DNA of 64,000 bases. It comes from Mizuhopecten yessoensis (Eukaryota). The notes below the pieces were generated by a model, which made no database searches, was not told the DNA's origin, and saw nothing but the letters and a program-made list of their open reading frames with translations. Position 1 is the stretch's first letter, and every line of letters begins with the position of its first letter. The stretch is taken from assembly GCF_002113885.1 (NCBI RefSeq), contig NW_018408421.1, positions 6,694 through 70,693 of the forward strand, written 5' to 3'. The position numbers and the translations under genes are program-made. This document shows positions 1 through 13,274 of the stretch, in pieces.

Positions 1-1310
1 TGTGATTTGTGACCCATTCACTGTCCCTTTAAGTAATCTACATTGATCAGACGTGACGTCAAACAGGAAACTGTCGCATTCCGGTTGTCTGTAACACTTT
101 AATCCACACAGTCCTTGGTTCGATGCGTCCGTGTCCAGGAGAATAAAAAGTACGTCACCAGTGGATCCAAGTTTGGCTCCCCAGCGGTGGCTTGTACATG
201 TACCTGTTTAAATACATATTGTTCCATTATACAAAGCATGACATTCTATTATTCTACACATAAAACCAACAACATCAGTTTTATTCACCCTACCACTGTA
301 GGTTCGGGGAGAGAACAATCCTGCTGCATCCCACTACATGTTATAAACGGCGACTAATCTGGTCATTGAACACAGAACTAAATCGATCCGCTGCTTGGAC
401 ATACCCAATCCTGATCAATGATACTTTATAGTTCCTTTCCTGACTAACTTCCAGCGCTAAGGGTAATGACAATAACAAGGCTACACGTTGTCAGTTTAAT
501 GTGATCGGGTGGAATACTGTGCTGGTTGCCTTTGATATGGTATTTCAGAGAGGAAGAACTCTAAAGTTGGCATCAGATCTGCTATTCGAATAAGGCTTAT
601 ACACCAACATATCCGGCCTCAAGCACGCTTACATTACACACAGGAGACACAGGACCTTAAACAATATCAAACAAAACGTATGCACCAGTATTACATACTT
701 AACTACTAACCCACTTAACTACGCTACGACAAAACCTTCGCTTGAAGTTGGGGCTTCCACTAAAATTAATAACATTTACTGACTTTTTTCATTTGTGAAA
801 AACTACAATAGTGAGGTAAACTGATCTTCTAATTATAACTGCGTTCCCGAAGCTTACTTCAAATCTTCATTTTAATGAAATATGTATTTATTATGTCAAA
901 ATGGAAAATAGAAACATTTTAATTTGGTAAGTTCATTTCGTGCACATTAGAAAACAAATAATTTTTGTTTTAATCTCCTTTGACAAATGAATGAGTTCGT
1001 ATATTAATAAACATATATATGGCTTATGTTCAGCTTATGCATGAGATTAAACAACCATTGACCTTATAATACAATTAAATACACGATTGAAAGAGTGCAA
1101 AACATTCCAAATTAAACGTTAGTAATTTCATTATGTCAACACTGATGACAGAATACATACTGCTTATTTCTGAGTACGGACAGCCCTGAACCCCCAGTCT
1201 CATTGATCCATGGGTATGGATAGAGACGGATATAACCCGGATGTACTTGGCCACGACAGTCCCTTCTAGTTGGTTACGGCTGTATTGCTGTCGAAGTTTC
1301 CGGAAAACAC
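1..1310 (-). pseudogene. Copy A: inverted 3' fragment (exons 4 and 5) of the discoidin-PAN gene family, frameshifted
   Basis: Reverse complement of 1161-1310 is exon 4 (VFSGNFDSNTAVT...) but 150 nt instead of 154 nt: a 4-nt deletion gives an immediate TAG. Exon 5 runs from 203 off the window edge (TCTSHRWGAKLGSTGD...CGLKCYRQPECDSF). Intron similarity to copy B stops at about 1588; I found no exons 1-3 upstream. Confidence 0.85.
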
Positions 1311-2437
1311 CTTTATAAAGAAGGGAGGATACTTAATCATATATTATTAATATTAATAATGTAAGCCCATGATTACGCATAATTCTACCACATCCTCGAT
1401 GTTACGGAACTTTTCATTGGTTAATAGTAATGTTTTGTTGGACGATAGACCATGCGATTGCCTATGTTATTTTCCAACAGACCAACACTCTTCAAAAAAT
1501 TCCCCTCGCAAATCTAAACAAATGGGCAACTGAAATGGTTTCCTTTTTTCGAATGAAGGTACCCACATTTAATTTTACATGTAATTAATTTGTTAACTAT
1601 TTTTAAATTCTGAGATCTTATTATTTTATTTGAGAACAACCCAGCATATTTCAGTGCTAGAAGATTGGATCAAATGCACTGTTATTTTTATTTTCTATAT
1701 ATCATTATTAGTTCAGTGGGCCTCCTGTTAAGACAGAAGCAGATCAATAACATGACATCGCAAAATAGAGATCAATGTACTTGCCAATACCCTTTATGCA
1801 CGTCGCTGATACAATATAATCCTACACAATTAGTGAAAAATGAATAAAATACAACAGAAAACCAAGACTATATACTACACCGCTTCAACTTTACCGCGAT
1901 AGGAAGTTAAAGTTTTTCCGAGCATGCGCAGAAATAGGTACGAAACTGTTCATAAAATGATATTACAGAGGTGCAATGTGCCACATTCCAATATTCTATG
2001 TTTTTTACTTCCAGTCAAACAGCGGTACTTCCGGCCAGACCAGTTTTTTTTTTATGTTAAATGCTTGATTCAAACAGAATAAAATTATTGTACAATATAG
2101 GCCTAACGGTCTTTGGTTTTTGCTCACACAAACGGTGAAAAGTACACAAAAACGACGACATGATTAAATATCATGAAGAGAAATATATTTATATTTGCAA
2201 TCTAAAAAAATAAAATAAAAAAATAAGTCATTTTTATTCATCAATTGTTACCAGGGACAGACTACGTCTCTGTCGTTACCGATCTCCGCTCCATCATTAT
2301 CTTTTTTTATTTCAAAAAGGAGATTCAGTAGGCAGTCGTTAAATTACAAAATTGGGTGAAAATATGATTCTCTTTCAATTAAATTAAAAAATAAGGCAGG
2401 AGAAACCTAAGTTGCTTTTCTGACATATATATAATTA

Positions 2438-3450
2438 TATCCTCGGGTTACCGGTTTCCGCGCACTTAAGAAGCATCCGTGATTTCGTACTCATATCGGC
2501 AGAAAACTGTTGAAATTACGGAAGACTGTCATAAACATTATATACAATCTACTAAAGGAAACAAAAAAAATAGCAACGTAAAACTGTATTTAAAAAAAAT
2601 CAGAACAAACAATTTTTAGCAAATTTCTCCCATCGGAAGTAACCGTTATATGTTTCCGTGTGTCTACTTTGATTTAGTGTTCAAAGAAAGATAACTCGAA
2701 TACACTAAAAAGAAATTCTCTACAGTGACCTGCAAGAACAAAAGCTTCGTTTGGAATAAAAAATATATCTTTGATTGTCAAATTAATTATCAAAAAATCT
2801 TTTTTTAAATTTCACATTTTTAATTGATTTTTTCAAGATGTCAAATTGAACGAATTCATGTAATTTTATAAATTTATTTATTATATTTATTTAGATATAA
2901 TATAGAATCTGTTATTATTATTTTTTCTGCAGTTTTATATCGGTTTTGGTTGATGGTAAGTTATTTCTCATTTTGTTCTGTTTAAAATTTGGTTAAAATT
3001 GTAAGTTCATTGCATTACAAGGTTTACGTTTTATTGAAAACACTGTTTATCGATATAAGAATGTCTCCTTGGCTCTTCGGAAGTGGAAAAAAATCGGCGA
3101 GGAGATGTGGCCTCATTTGCATACGACATTTTCGTGCGTTTGTCAGACTACAAAAAAGACCGGTTCATGAATGAAATATATCACCGTTTTTTCAGGTATG
3201 AGTTCATTTTGAGCAAGATAAAAAGTGCATTAAGCAAAACTGCATATTTATGCGTGTTTTTTTAATCGGTGATTATTTCTCATGTTTTCTGGACTAACTT
3301 CCGGTAATTTTTAAGTCAGTTTACAGACGATTGCCAAACGTCTAAAATATCCTTGTGTTGTGTCCAGCAGGTCACGTAGTTACGAGATATAGCTTGATAA
3401 AATGGCTGCGCGGAAATACATAACGCGCGGAAACTGGTGACTAGACGATA
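2438..3450. mobile_element. Decayed non-autonomous TIR DNA transposon (~1 kb)
   Basis: TATCCTCGGGTTACCGGTTTCCGCGC at 2438 is an imperfect inverted repeat of GCGCGGAAACTGGTGACTAGACGATA ending at 3450; no ORF. Confidence 0.5.
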
Positions 3451-3461
3451 TATTATAGTTA

Positions 3462-3869
3462 GGCTACATTCGCGTATCCCGGTTGAAACGGTACGTGTGG
3501 CGCAGAAATTTTCCACGATAAACGAACACACTTGGACCGTTCTATAAGCAGAGCTAAAAATCCACAGTTTCGGAGAATAAAAAACAATGTATCAAGAATA
3601 GTATATCCTTCTCTCACGCGTCCGCTAAATTACATAACGTATCTTAAAAATTACATGTGACTTGACATTGTTTAAGAAATAAATAACGCAAATTGGCAAT
3701 AGTCAGCATTTTGGTTTCGGTCAGGTACGTCTGGACAGAGACGTATATAACTTTATATGGCTTTATACGTCTCTGGTCTGGACCCCTCAATCTACACGTA
3801 CTAAATTTTCCTGAGGTCAGCCTCAGTCCAACCGGTTCAACCGTTTCAACCGGATACGCGAATTTAGCC
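3462..3869. mobile_element. PIF/Harbinger (Tourist-like) MITE
   Basis: ~30-bp TIRs GGCTACATTCGCGTATCCCGGTTGAAACGGT / ACCGTTTCAACCGGATACGCGAATTTAGCC, flanked by TTA on both sides (3459-3461, 3870-3872). Confidence 0.8.
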
Positions 3870-4494
3870 TTATAGTCTAAGTAATTCGGACTATTGGTCC
3901 GGGATCCCGTTTGTCATTTACGTACAGCAACTCAACATCCGGTCAAATTCGTACCGGTGCCCTCAACTTAAGGCTCAAGAATGATAAGGCCAGGATTTTT
4001 GCAGTTTGACATGTGAAGTGAGTAGTAGCTACAGTTGATATATCGAACACAGATTTTCCTGTTAGAGTTTAGAGCAACATGATTTATTTAAAACAATGGT
4101 TGAGTTACAGTAACTATTTCGCCGACTTCACTTAGCACGAAAATCATCTCGACAGAACATTCCTCTATCTGTCTATTGTGAATCGCTTTAACGTGTCGTT
4201 AATTTACTAACAAGCAACTCACAAGATGTGGCTGTAGTGGATGCTGTTGTCAGTTCCTTTTTTATTTATTATGGCCGCGAATTAGGGTCCAACACGCGTA
4301 CGGACATCAATATGAATATATATATCAGTTTACTCATTAAAATGTTACATATCAATCATGTTCTTTTTATAATATATATCCTGAGGGCACACAAGTGTTG
4401 TGAAAGCGTAAAAAAGTTCTTCTTTTAGCGTAATTGTCAGCAGGTAACTAACTTTTGTTGTTTAACAGGACTGTGCGTTTTTTTATTTTTCAAA

Positions 4495-4853
4495 TATCAA
4501 GCTGAAATTTGGAATATATATCAATAAAAGTCTAACTAATAACATATCTTCTGATGTAGCTAACTTTAGCGAGTAATTGTAACGATATTATCTGGCGACG
4601 CTTTCTTCGCTTTACATGCGAATACACACATGAGCCACGCCGCGATCGTAAAAATTCCTCGTGGAATTGGGTCATTTTATCGAATATCGAGCTGAAATTT
4701 GTTACAGAGGTGTATTATAGTCATATTAACAACATATCTTCTGATGTCGCTTACTTTATTCGGTATTTTAAAAGATTTTGTCTGGCGACGCTTGTTGTCA
4801 CTTGAAGACGCTTGTTGTCGGTTGAAGACGCTTGTTGTCGGTTGAAGACGCTT
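4495..4853. repeat. Local ~190-bp duplication ending in three 20-bp units (GACGCTTGTTGTCGGTTGAA)
   Basis: AATATC.AGCTGAAATTTG...AACATATCTTCTGATGT...TCTGGCGACGCT occurs twice; 20-mer repeats at about 4787-4853. Confidence 0.55.
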
Positions 4854-5474
4854 TTAAGAAGGACCCGAAAAATTCAAATAAATAAATTCAACATAAATTT
4901 GCTTACCCTGCATGTAGTGATGAGGACATACAACAATGCAATAATGACGATCCAAAGAGATCAATCTGACGCCTTCAAATTATAGAGCTGGAGTGAAGTA
5001 AAGATAGACAGACATGTTAGCGAAGAAAAGCTTTGCACATATGTCTTACGTCAGTATCCAGTTGTCATTGCATTTCATACACTGAAAACGAAAGTAAAAA
5101 ACATATGTATGAAAACCAACTGGATACAGATTTTCCAGAATCTGCACACAATAGATAAGTAGACACAAATATTCTATTTACAATTCTTGTATTTTGTTTT
5201 ATATACTTTATGTATCACAAATTACATGGCTTCTATAACTGGATGGACAAAGTTGTAGTATGTATTGGCCCTCACAATACTCAATAGCATTAGTAATCAT
5301 TGTCAAATGATATGGGTATGACATTGCTTTATTGGAAATTTTACTGTGACACTTATATGATGTGATTTTGACATTTTACTGTATTACATATATTTGCAGA
5401 AAATCCCATGGAAATATCAGGTGTACAATGTCATTATCTGCGAATGTGATGAACAGTTGACAAACTGAGGAAAA

Positions 5475-8400
5475 ATGGCAGCGGCACCGGTCAGTCTGAT
5501 GACCAGGATCGGTAGGAGGGTGTTCACTCTGGTCAAGTTTGGCTGTATTCTACACTGCATGACAGAATATGTGGGAACATTTGCAGTGGTAAGTAGTGCT
5601 GAGTATTTCCAGCTAGCTTACGATACCATAAATATCATTATATGAAGGCCACAATTTACATTGATACATTCACGATTTGTCGAGCAGTGGGAGCCATTTT
5701 GGCAACATGTGTACAGAAAGTACGGGAGAAGGAGTGTGAATTGATTCTATGCTAGATGAAGGCTTCAAAAACTTCAGGGTCAGGGTTGCATAAAAGGGCA
5801 ACATGCGTTGCTCCGTGATTGCATTGATGTTCTGTTTTTGCACAAACAATTAATTTGACATTTTCAATAAATACCTGGTATTTTTTGTCCTATCTCCGGC
5901 AGATTTTTATGTCCAGTAACAACCGTAAAACCTTTTACAAGTCAATGTTTCTGATGAAACACTTTGATGTCCTGCATATTATTTTGATATTTGTCCTTAG
6001 CTTAGTATGTTTATATATAAACCAGTCATACATATTTTGTTTTTGGTGAAAAGAAGAAATATCGCATATTGAACAATGCCGAAATGACGCTCACAACATG
6101 TTGTGACACGACTGTGACATCACTGTTATCACGCATCATGCTAGTGTTGACAATACATTCACTGAAGCCAACATAAATTTTTTGCAGCTATACAACATTA
6201 TTTAGAATATTTTGGTTTTGTTTAATCTTATCCCTACAGTTCAGTGCATGTTTTTGCTTTGTAACTACATTTTAGGCATCGACACATAATTGATATCTTT
6301 GCTGTAGTGTATGTATTTCATACATTTATGCTATTTTTTAAAAAGTTCTTTCCACTCATTTTTATATCGTGGGGTTTTGGTACCCCCAATGTTTGCAAAA
6401 TGGGGGCACACCAGCAGATTTTGGGGGTACAGGTATACATTATCTGGGGGGTACAACAATTTGTTGTCTTAAATTATGTACTCATGAAATAAAAACAATG
6501 AGAATTATCATATTCAGCATTTGTTTTCATTTTGTGATCGATATTTAAAAAAAAGAATTCATTATTTATTGATAATGAAACATTGCAGAGATGACTGCAT
6601 GCATATCAAGATCCATTCTGTATAATGTCACCTATGTTGATCGTTAACGTATTTCTCGTTTTGCTTACAGAGTAAGCGGTTTTAATACACTGATGACGTA
6701 ACAGCGCTGATGTTTGTTAATTTGTCTATTAAGTGATGAGATGACGCTATAAATTTCTTTGTGATAACTGTATTCCGACTGATTATCTAGCCTCAAACAA
6801 TCAAATTCCTCATGCCATTTGGTTTAAAATCTTTTAATATTTTTACGTTTTGCATTGGCAAGTTTCCAGAGTGACGATTCCTCCAGGCTTACATTTATTA
6901 GCGCCGTCCGTTTTCTTTACCATGGCGTCGGAGTTAGGGCAGACTAAAAAAAAACCAATTGGAGAACCCCACAACTTTCATTTTTGACTTCGACTAGTTT
7001 ATCGCCTTTTGTAAATAACATTTTGTCGAGGTGGAATATAAAATTATTTTGGGAATATTTTGAATGCGATACACACAACTCCGTACAACCACTGATTTGA
7101 AACCTTCTTCTGATTTCTTGAGACAATTGAGCAGATCAATAAAAATGTTTCTGACATTGCTTTTAACAAGTGTTGCTAGATCAATTAAATTCTGAGATGT
7201 CCATCATACATGACTCTAGTAATTGAAAACCATTCATTTTGTTTTCCAATTCCTATAAGAAAAGAAACAGATAAGCTATATCTAATATGGGTCTCAAAAT
7301 CCTCCTCAGACTGTCTTCATTGAAATTGTTATGATTGCCCAGCATGAAAAGTCATTATCACTTTTAAACAGACTGATTTTCATATCAATAAAGGAATGAC
7401 CATTGAAAGAACGGAATGGAGTAATTACAGAAACAAAAAAATGTATGAACTTTGTTTGTTAGAGTTTTGAATCATCTCAAAAGCTAAGTAAAGAAAGATG
7501 AAGGAAAAAATAGAGAGCGGTCCAAAATATCCCAATATGGTCAGAAGATAGGATTTGGTTAATCATCCCATCATGCAGATGATATTATGATGAGTGATAT
7601 ATTATCGCCAATATTTAATTTGCAAGAGTTTCTAAGAACCAGGGCAGATCCAGTGCAGGAGGGTTCAATATGGGGTTAGGGACAAGGGGCCAGGGCAGAT
7701 CCAGTGCAGGAGGATTCAATATGGGGTTAGGGACAAGGAGCCAGGGTAGATCCAGTGTGGGAGGATTCAATATAGGATTAGGGACAAGGAGCCAGTGCAG
7801 ATTCAGTGCGGGAGGGTTCAATAAGGGGTTAGGGACAAGGAGCCAGGGCAGATCCAGTGCGGGAGGGTTCAATATGAGGTTAGGGACAAGGAGCCAGGGC
7901 AGATCCAGTGCAGGAGGGTTCAATATGGGGTTAGGGACAAGGAGCAAATATTTATAATTGTGAGGATCTTAGCAGTAAACATAAAAGCTAAGTATTGACT
8001 TCCCTATTGCTATAGTATAAAATATTTTTGATATATCAATTTGGGGCAGGTTCGGCCCATGACACTGGTGCAGGTACAGCCTGTGAGATACATGGGAAGC
8101 TGTGAAATGTGACGTTGAATGCATTATGACGTCATTATTATGCTGATTCCAACATGGGCTGAACTTACCCGAGGGCCGGGCACATTCGGCCATCCAATAA
8201 TCCCACATAAAAAATCTTCAAATACTGACGCTTTTACCCTTATATTATTATATCTTGAAAAGCATGGAATTACTCTTTCAAATACAGAATAATTTAAACA
8301 AATGACATATTGTCCAGAGCTACTTAAATAAAAATGATCCTAACTTGCTCCTGTCCCAATATGGGGACATATATTTTGAAATAAAATCCCAGGGGAGGAA

Positions 8401-11400
8401 TGGGGGGTCCTTAGCTTCAAACCAACCCCCACCCCATGCGAATAAAATGGCACATCCGTTGAATTATGTGAGGATTGGATATTTATTACTCTACTGATCA
8501 GTACATAAAATGTAACGGTTAAATTATGTAGGAAACAGTAATTTAATGTGTATGTGTGCCCGTGTCTCACCTATTTCATATTATCATTATATGTATCGCA
8601 AAGCTCTAATAGAATAATTAAAAGAGTCTTGGTTAGGGGATGTAACTCTTCCGAGTCAAAATTTTAGGCAACGGACCACCAATGTTATATAGTACCACAA
8701 TACAGGAGTTGTGATACATTTACAATGCATGTATTGTCATGTAAGTTATTGATGGTATCAATAGTATTGATGTATCGTTACAGCTCTAGTGGTAAGTAAA
8801 GTATTGAAGTACAAGTAGATGTGAACCAACTCATATGCATACATACTTGCCAACCTTTTGAACTTTCCAAGGGGAAATTCCACATGCTTAAAATTAAATA
8901 CGTAAACAAAATATTTGTATATACCCCTAGGTAAAAATTGGCAATTTCTTTCCATACTTAATGAGGCTGTTGCATTGGCTGATTGGTGTCCGTGTGATGT
9001 CTTCTCAAGGAATCCTCTAATTTCGATCAAACTTTTGTTTGGTATACTATTTATCCTGGATTTTTACTTGCATTCGATGTTGGATAAAATTCGCACATAT
9101 TTGATGAGGCTGCTGCAATCTGATTGGCTAAATATTTTCGATGAAGGAATGATTGGATGTTGATCAAACATGACTAGTATACTAGTTACCCAAGCTTTTG
9201 CTTAAGTTATCAAGTTGGCAAATGATTTTGATCAGACTTGCTTGATGTAACTAACCAAAGTCTGTCACTTAGGTTCAATGCTTAGCAAATTCTGTACTTA
9301 TTTAATGAGGCTAAAATTCTGCACTTATTTAATGAGGCTTTTAAATTCTGACTGGCTGATGGTGCGATATCTTGTAACAGAATGATCAGAATTTTATTGA
9401 ACCTGAAAAAGAATTGAAATATTGTTGACCTTCTCATCAATTTATTTGTGGTGCTAAACCGGATAGGATGGCGCTATTCGTGGGGTAATAAAACATCTCA
9501 CTGTTGGTTTTTGTACCCAGTTCAAGAACTTCAGACTGGTTAACTTAATTGACCACACTAAAAATATCAAAAAAATATCTACTATAACAACAATATATCA
9601 AGCAAAACATAAAAATAAATTTGTTTGGTCAACTCACTTTTATCTTCTACAAAGTGACACGTACAAAACCTTTGATTTTATCATGACACATTCAAAGTGT
9701 GTAGAGAACAAATGTATTTCAGAAACAGAACCCTTGAAGTTTGAAGATATACCATGCAGGTTATAACTTATTTACGTCATATGTATGTATATTCCAGTGT
9801 CATGGGATTTCTATGCAGCCGACCTTACATTCTGGGGATATCATCCTTGGTGATCGTTTAGCCATTACAAGACGAAAGTTAGAAAAGTAAGTATAAATTT
9901 CGGAGGTAAAATATTTAGTCTATAATGTAGTATACAAGCCTAGGGCTTTGATGATGATAGTACAATGTACAAGAACTTAACTCAGTGTCTCTGGTGTAAT
10001 TAAAAACATTGAATTCATATCGCAAAGAAAACCTCGAACTTATTTCCCAATGTGATCATGCTCAGCATTACTTGGGACTATAAAGCTTGTCAATACCTTT
10101 TATTAACCTGTGTCTCTAGAAACCTTGTATGTAAGTTTACCTGTAAGCAGTCAACATCTATTACGAAAATGGTGAAATTCATATCAAGTTTTTGAAAACC
10201 TAATCAACGGCAATGTAGAAAACATAAATTTGGGAAAGCAGGGATGCTACTATCAAGAAATGGAAAGTTCACAATAAGGGATCTGATACTATTACTAGTA
10301 CTATAATCAAGCTTTATGTGACATCATCACAGGTCAGAGTCGTAGTATAACTATTTTCTGCCCTATATAGGTTATATGACAGTGATCTACCATATTTTGT
10401 GTATTACAGTGGTGAGATTGTGCTGTGTAAGTCACCAGAGGATCCATTCATGTACGTCTGTAAGCGTGTAGTAGCTATGGAGGGTGAAAGAGTCTTTAAC
10501 AAGGGATGGTACACGAAAGTAAGTTACATATGTGCAGTCCTGAACATACATAGAAGAAAGGAAGGTGGTGGGGAAATAGACTGAACATTTCTGATTTATA
10601 GCTCCTATGTAGGAGTATGTGGCCAGGCTTAGTTATGTGCTAAAAGTGTTTTATGCATTGTAATTAAAGAACTCTTCATACACTGCACAAGGAAATATTT
10701 GTGTCACTTGGAAAACTAAATAGCATGATGTGTATACTTATTATTGTTGTAAGTTTTAATAAATTTTTTTTTATGAATTTTTGTTCATATAACTCAATAG
10801 TTTGTTTGAGGAATTTTGAGATATCTTAACTTAAAGGGAATTTAATTTTGACCTTTGTTCCTTTGACTTGGCCATGTGAAGAAGAAATAAGAAATATACA
10901 GAGATATTAGATAAATTAAGCTGTATGTTTTTGTGCAGTTATTGCTGATAAATGAACGCTTATTTCAGATTCCAAAGGGTCATGTGTGGCTTGAAGGAGA
11001 CAACAGAGATTTTTCCCATGACTCTCGCAGCTTTGGTCCTGTTCCCTATGCCTTAGTGTATACAAAGGTATTTTACAGGGTAAGTAATTATACCCTGTTA
11101 GTGAAGTGGAAGGTATAACGTGTCTGTCCTCTTCTGTCTGTCTGTCTGTCACACTCCTTATGATCACTATTACAGCCATATTTCTTCACATACTTTGGTG
11201 TAACTTCAAAGAGATGTCTATCCTGGACATTAGTTTTATGATGATTGAATATGCGAGTGATAGGTCAAAGGTCAAGGTCACTTACTCAAGTACTGAAACA
11301 GAAAATTACAAAATCACATTCATTATGTGTCCTAAAAGATAAACTTCACACTTATATATAGAAACCTTGGGTATACCTTGGATAAGTTTAAAATAGTGAT

Positions 11401-12971
11401 AAGTTACAGGTCAAGGTCACTTTTTCAAAAGATAAAATTTCACAATACTATGAATCCAGTGTAGGTGTGGGCGAGTACAAAAATTATTTCAGAGGCCCAA
11501 AATGAATATTGGTAGCCCAATCATTTTACTAAGATTTTTTTCAGTCTTGAGCAATAAAAAATGGCAATAAAGCAATATAAATAGATGTTCTTTATTCTTC
11601 AATCAAACCCTCCCGACACATAACCCTAAAAACCCTCCCCTCATTCCCATAGTCTTCATTGTCACTGAATTCACCTGGTAGGAATTTACAACTGCAGACG
11701 ACTTTGTTATATTTAGATAAAAAAAGTCACGTGACCCCCCCTGACGATCAGCTGGCGATTTTGGGGCGACTTAGAGTTCATTACCTGATATATCCAGCGT
11801 ACAGGACAGCTAAGTCTTGAAATTTTGCTTATATGGTTAAAAATACAGCTTCTTTGGATTGTGTGTGAAAAAAACACGATAATTTGTGTGACATCGCACG
11901 ATACACGGTCTTTGGCAAGAATTGGTACTTGGCGAGAATTGGTCGGCAACCAGAACTGGTGATACGGCAGACCAACAACATACAATAGTAACTTGCAGCG
12001 AAGAAAACTTACGACTTATAAATATACATAAGTTAACTTACTTAAATCCTCAGCCCTTGTTTGTATCTGCCATGTTGACTGTCTGTGTCAATTCTGATGC
12101 ACTTGCACGTTTTAACTGCTTGACCCAGAGTACATGATTTCCGTAAATGGGTGTTCCGAAGTTGGGGTGGTTAATTTATGGGAATAAACTACGATTTTGA
12201 GAATAATAATGTACTCGCCCAATGATTTATTTTTGGGCCAGTAACTATCCATCTTTTGACAATTTCTAGTCGCCCAATCAAGGTTTTGGTCGCCATTGGC
12301 GACCAGGCGACTGGCTGTGTCCTACGTTGTGAACCAAGCAAGGGCAGAAGGTATCATGAGTCTTGCTCGCTTTTCTTGTTCCAAGTGTGATAGGGTTCTC
12401 AGAAAATGAAGTACAAATCACTGTCAAACTTTCTTAAATATCTCCTAGTTCTTTCTTCTGTTGTTTTGCATATTTCAATTTTAGCCTGTAAAAAAAAAGA
12501 AATGCCAGGAATCAAAATTGTTTATATATTTGAGATTTTGATTCTAGTCAACATCACAAAAGATGGCCTCATATTTAAAGGTTATTGTCAAAGAGTGATG
12601 TATGAAATGTTGATCAAAAGGTACCACACAATCCAGTTATTGTTGTCATAATAACCAATCAACAGAGAAGACAAGAGAAAATATCAAAATTACATAAAAC
12701 TAATGGATATTTGTCTATAACCTACTTCAGGTATCATAGATGTACTATGTTTGCCAACAGTATTGCATAACATGTCAACAGTACAGGCCTATGGGACCTC
12801 TTGTGGAAGTTTTATTTTTCTCTTTTATAAAGAAATTTTCAAATGTACTTCATTCAAAATTGAAAATCACAAAGTATTTGTAAATATTTGACCATCACAG
12901 TGTTCTTCTGTTGTCAGATTTGGCCTCCAAACCAGGTTGGTTCTCTATCCGACAAATCAAGACACATATGA
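5475..12971 (+). CDS. IMMP1L: Mitochondrial inner membrane protease subunit 1 (peptidase S26), 158 aa, 5 coding exons
   Basis: Exons 5475-5588, 9798-9886, 10410-10518, 10969-11079, 12918-12971; all GT-AG and phase-compatible (0,2,0,0). Motifs [12 protein letters not shown], catalytic Ser in GISMQPT, catalytic Lys in [35 protein letters not shown] match IMMP1L/Imp1 as I know it. Confidence 0.96.
7638..7945. repeat. 51-bp G-rich minisatellite, ~6 copies, in an IMMP1L intron
   Basis: Unit CCAGGGCAGATCCAGTGCAGGAGGGTTCAATATGGGGTTAGGGACAAGGAG; 17-aa periodicity in both ORF-track translations. Confidence 0.95.
11089..12380 (+). mobile_element. Decayed non-autonomous Helitron-like element with a nested ~870-bp TIR insertion (about 11457-12329)
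   Basis: TTATACC...GGTATAA start, (GTCT)n tract, GGTCAAGGTCAC core repeats, end ...TTCTTGTT; inner element bounded by CAGTGTAGG / CCTACGTTG. Confidence 0.45.
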
Positions 12972-13274
12972 TTACCACTGCAGCCAGATCAGTCTGACTA
13001 CCTCTAATGTATACCCTTCAAGAGCTGAATATTGATAACACTAGCTGATGACCAAACAGGGCTGATTACCTCCACTGCCTTTTGAAAGACAATTACTCAT
13101 TGATACCATATATATAACATATATATTGGTGGGTAATAGAGAGAAAAAAATATCATCAATGTACATTTGAAGACATCTGAATATTCCTGTTGTTTCTTCA
13201 ATTAAACCTGCAACAAATCCACAGAAATGACAATGAGCATACTCTAGAGAAGTCACCTACAGGCAGTTTCTTTA

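Noticed and set aside
115-357. Conserved ORF pair 115-357 (+) and 58660-58896 (-)
   Set aside because: Antisense shadows of PAN exon 5.
1921-2035. NRF1-like (GCATGCGCA) and ETS-like (ACTTCCGG) motifs as the IMMP1L promoter
   Set aside because: 3.5 kb from the ATG, and similar motifs occur inside transposons here (24587, 27766); the TSS cannot be placed.
7615-7957. Gly- and Pro-rich repeat ORFs
   Set aside because: Artefact of a 51-bp unit inside an IMMP1L intron.
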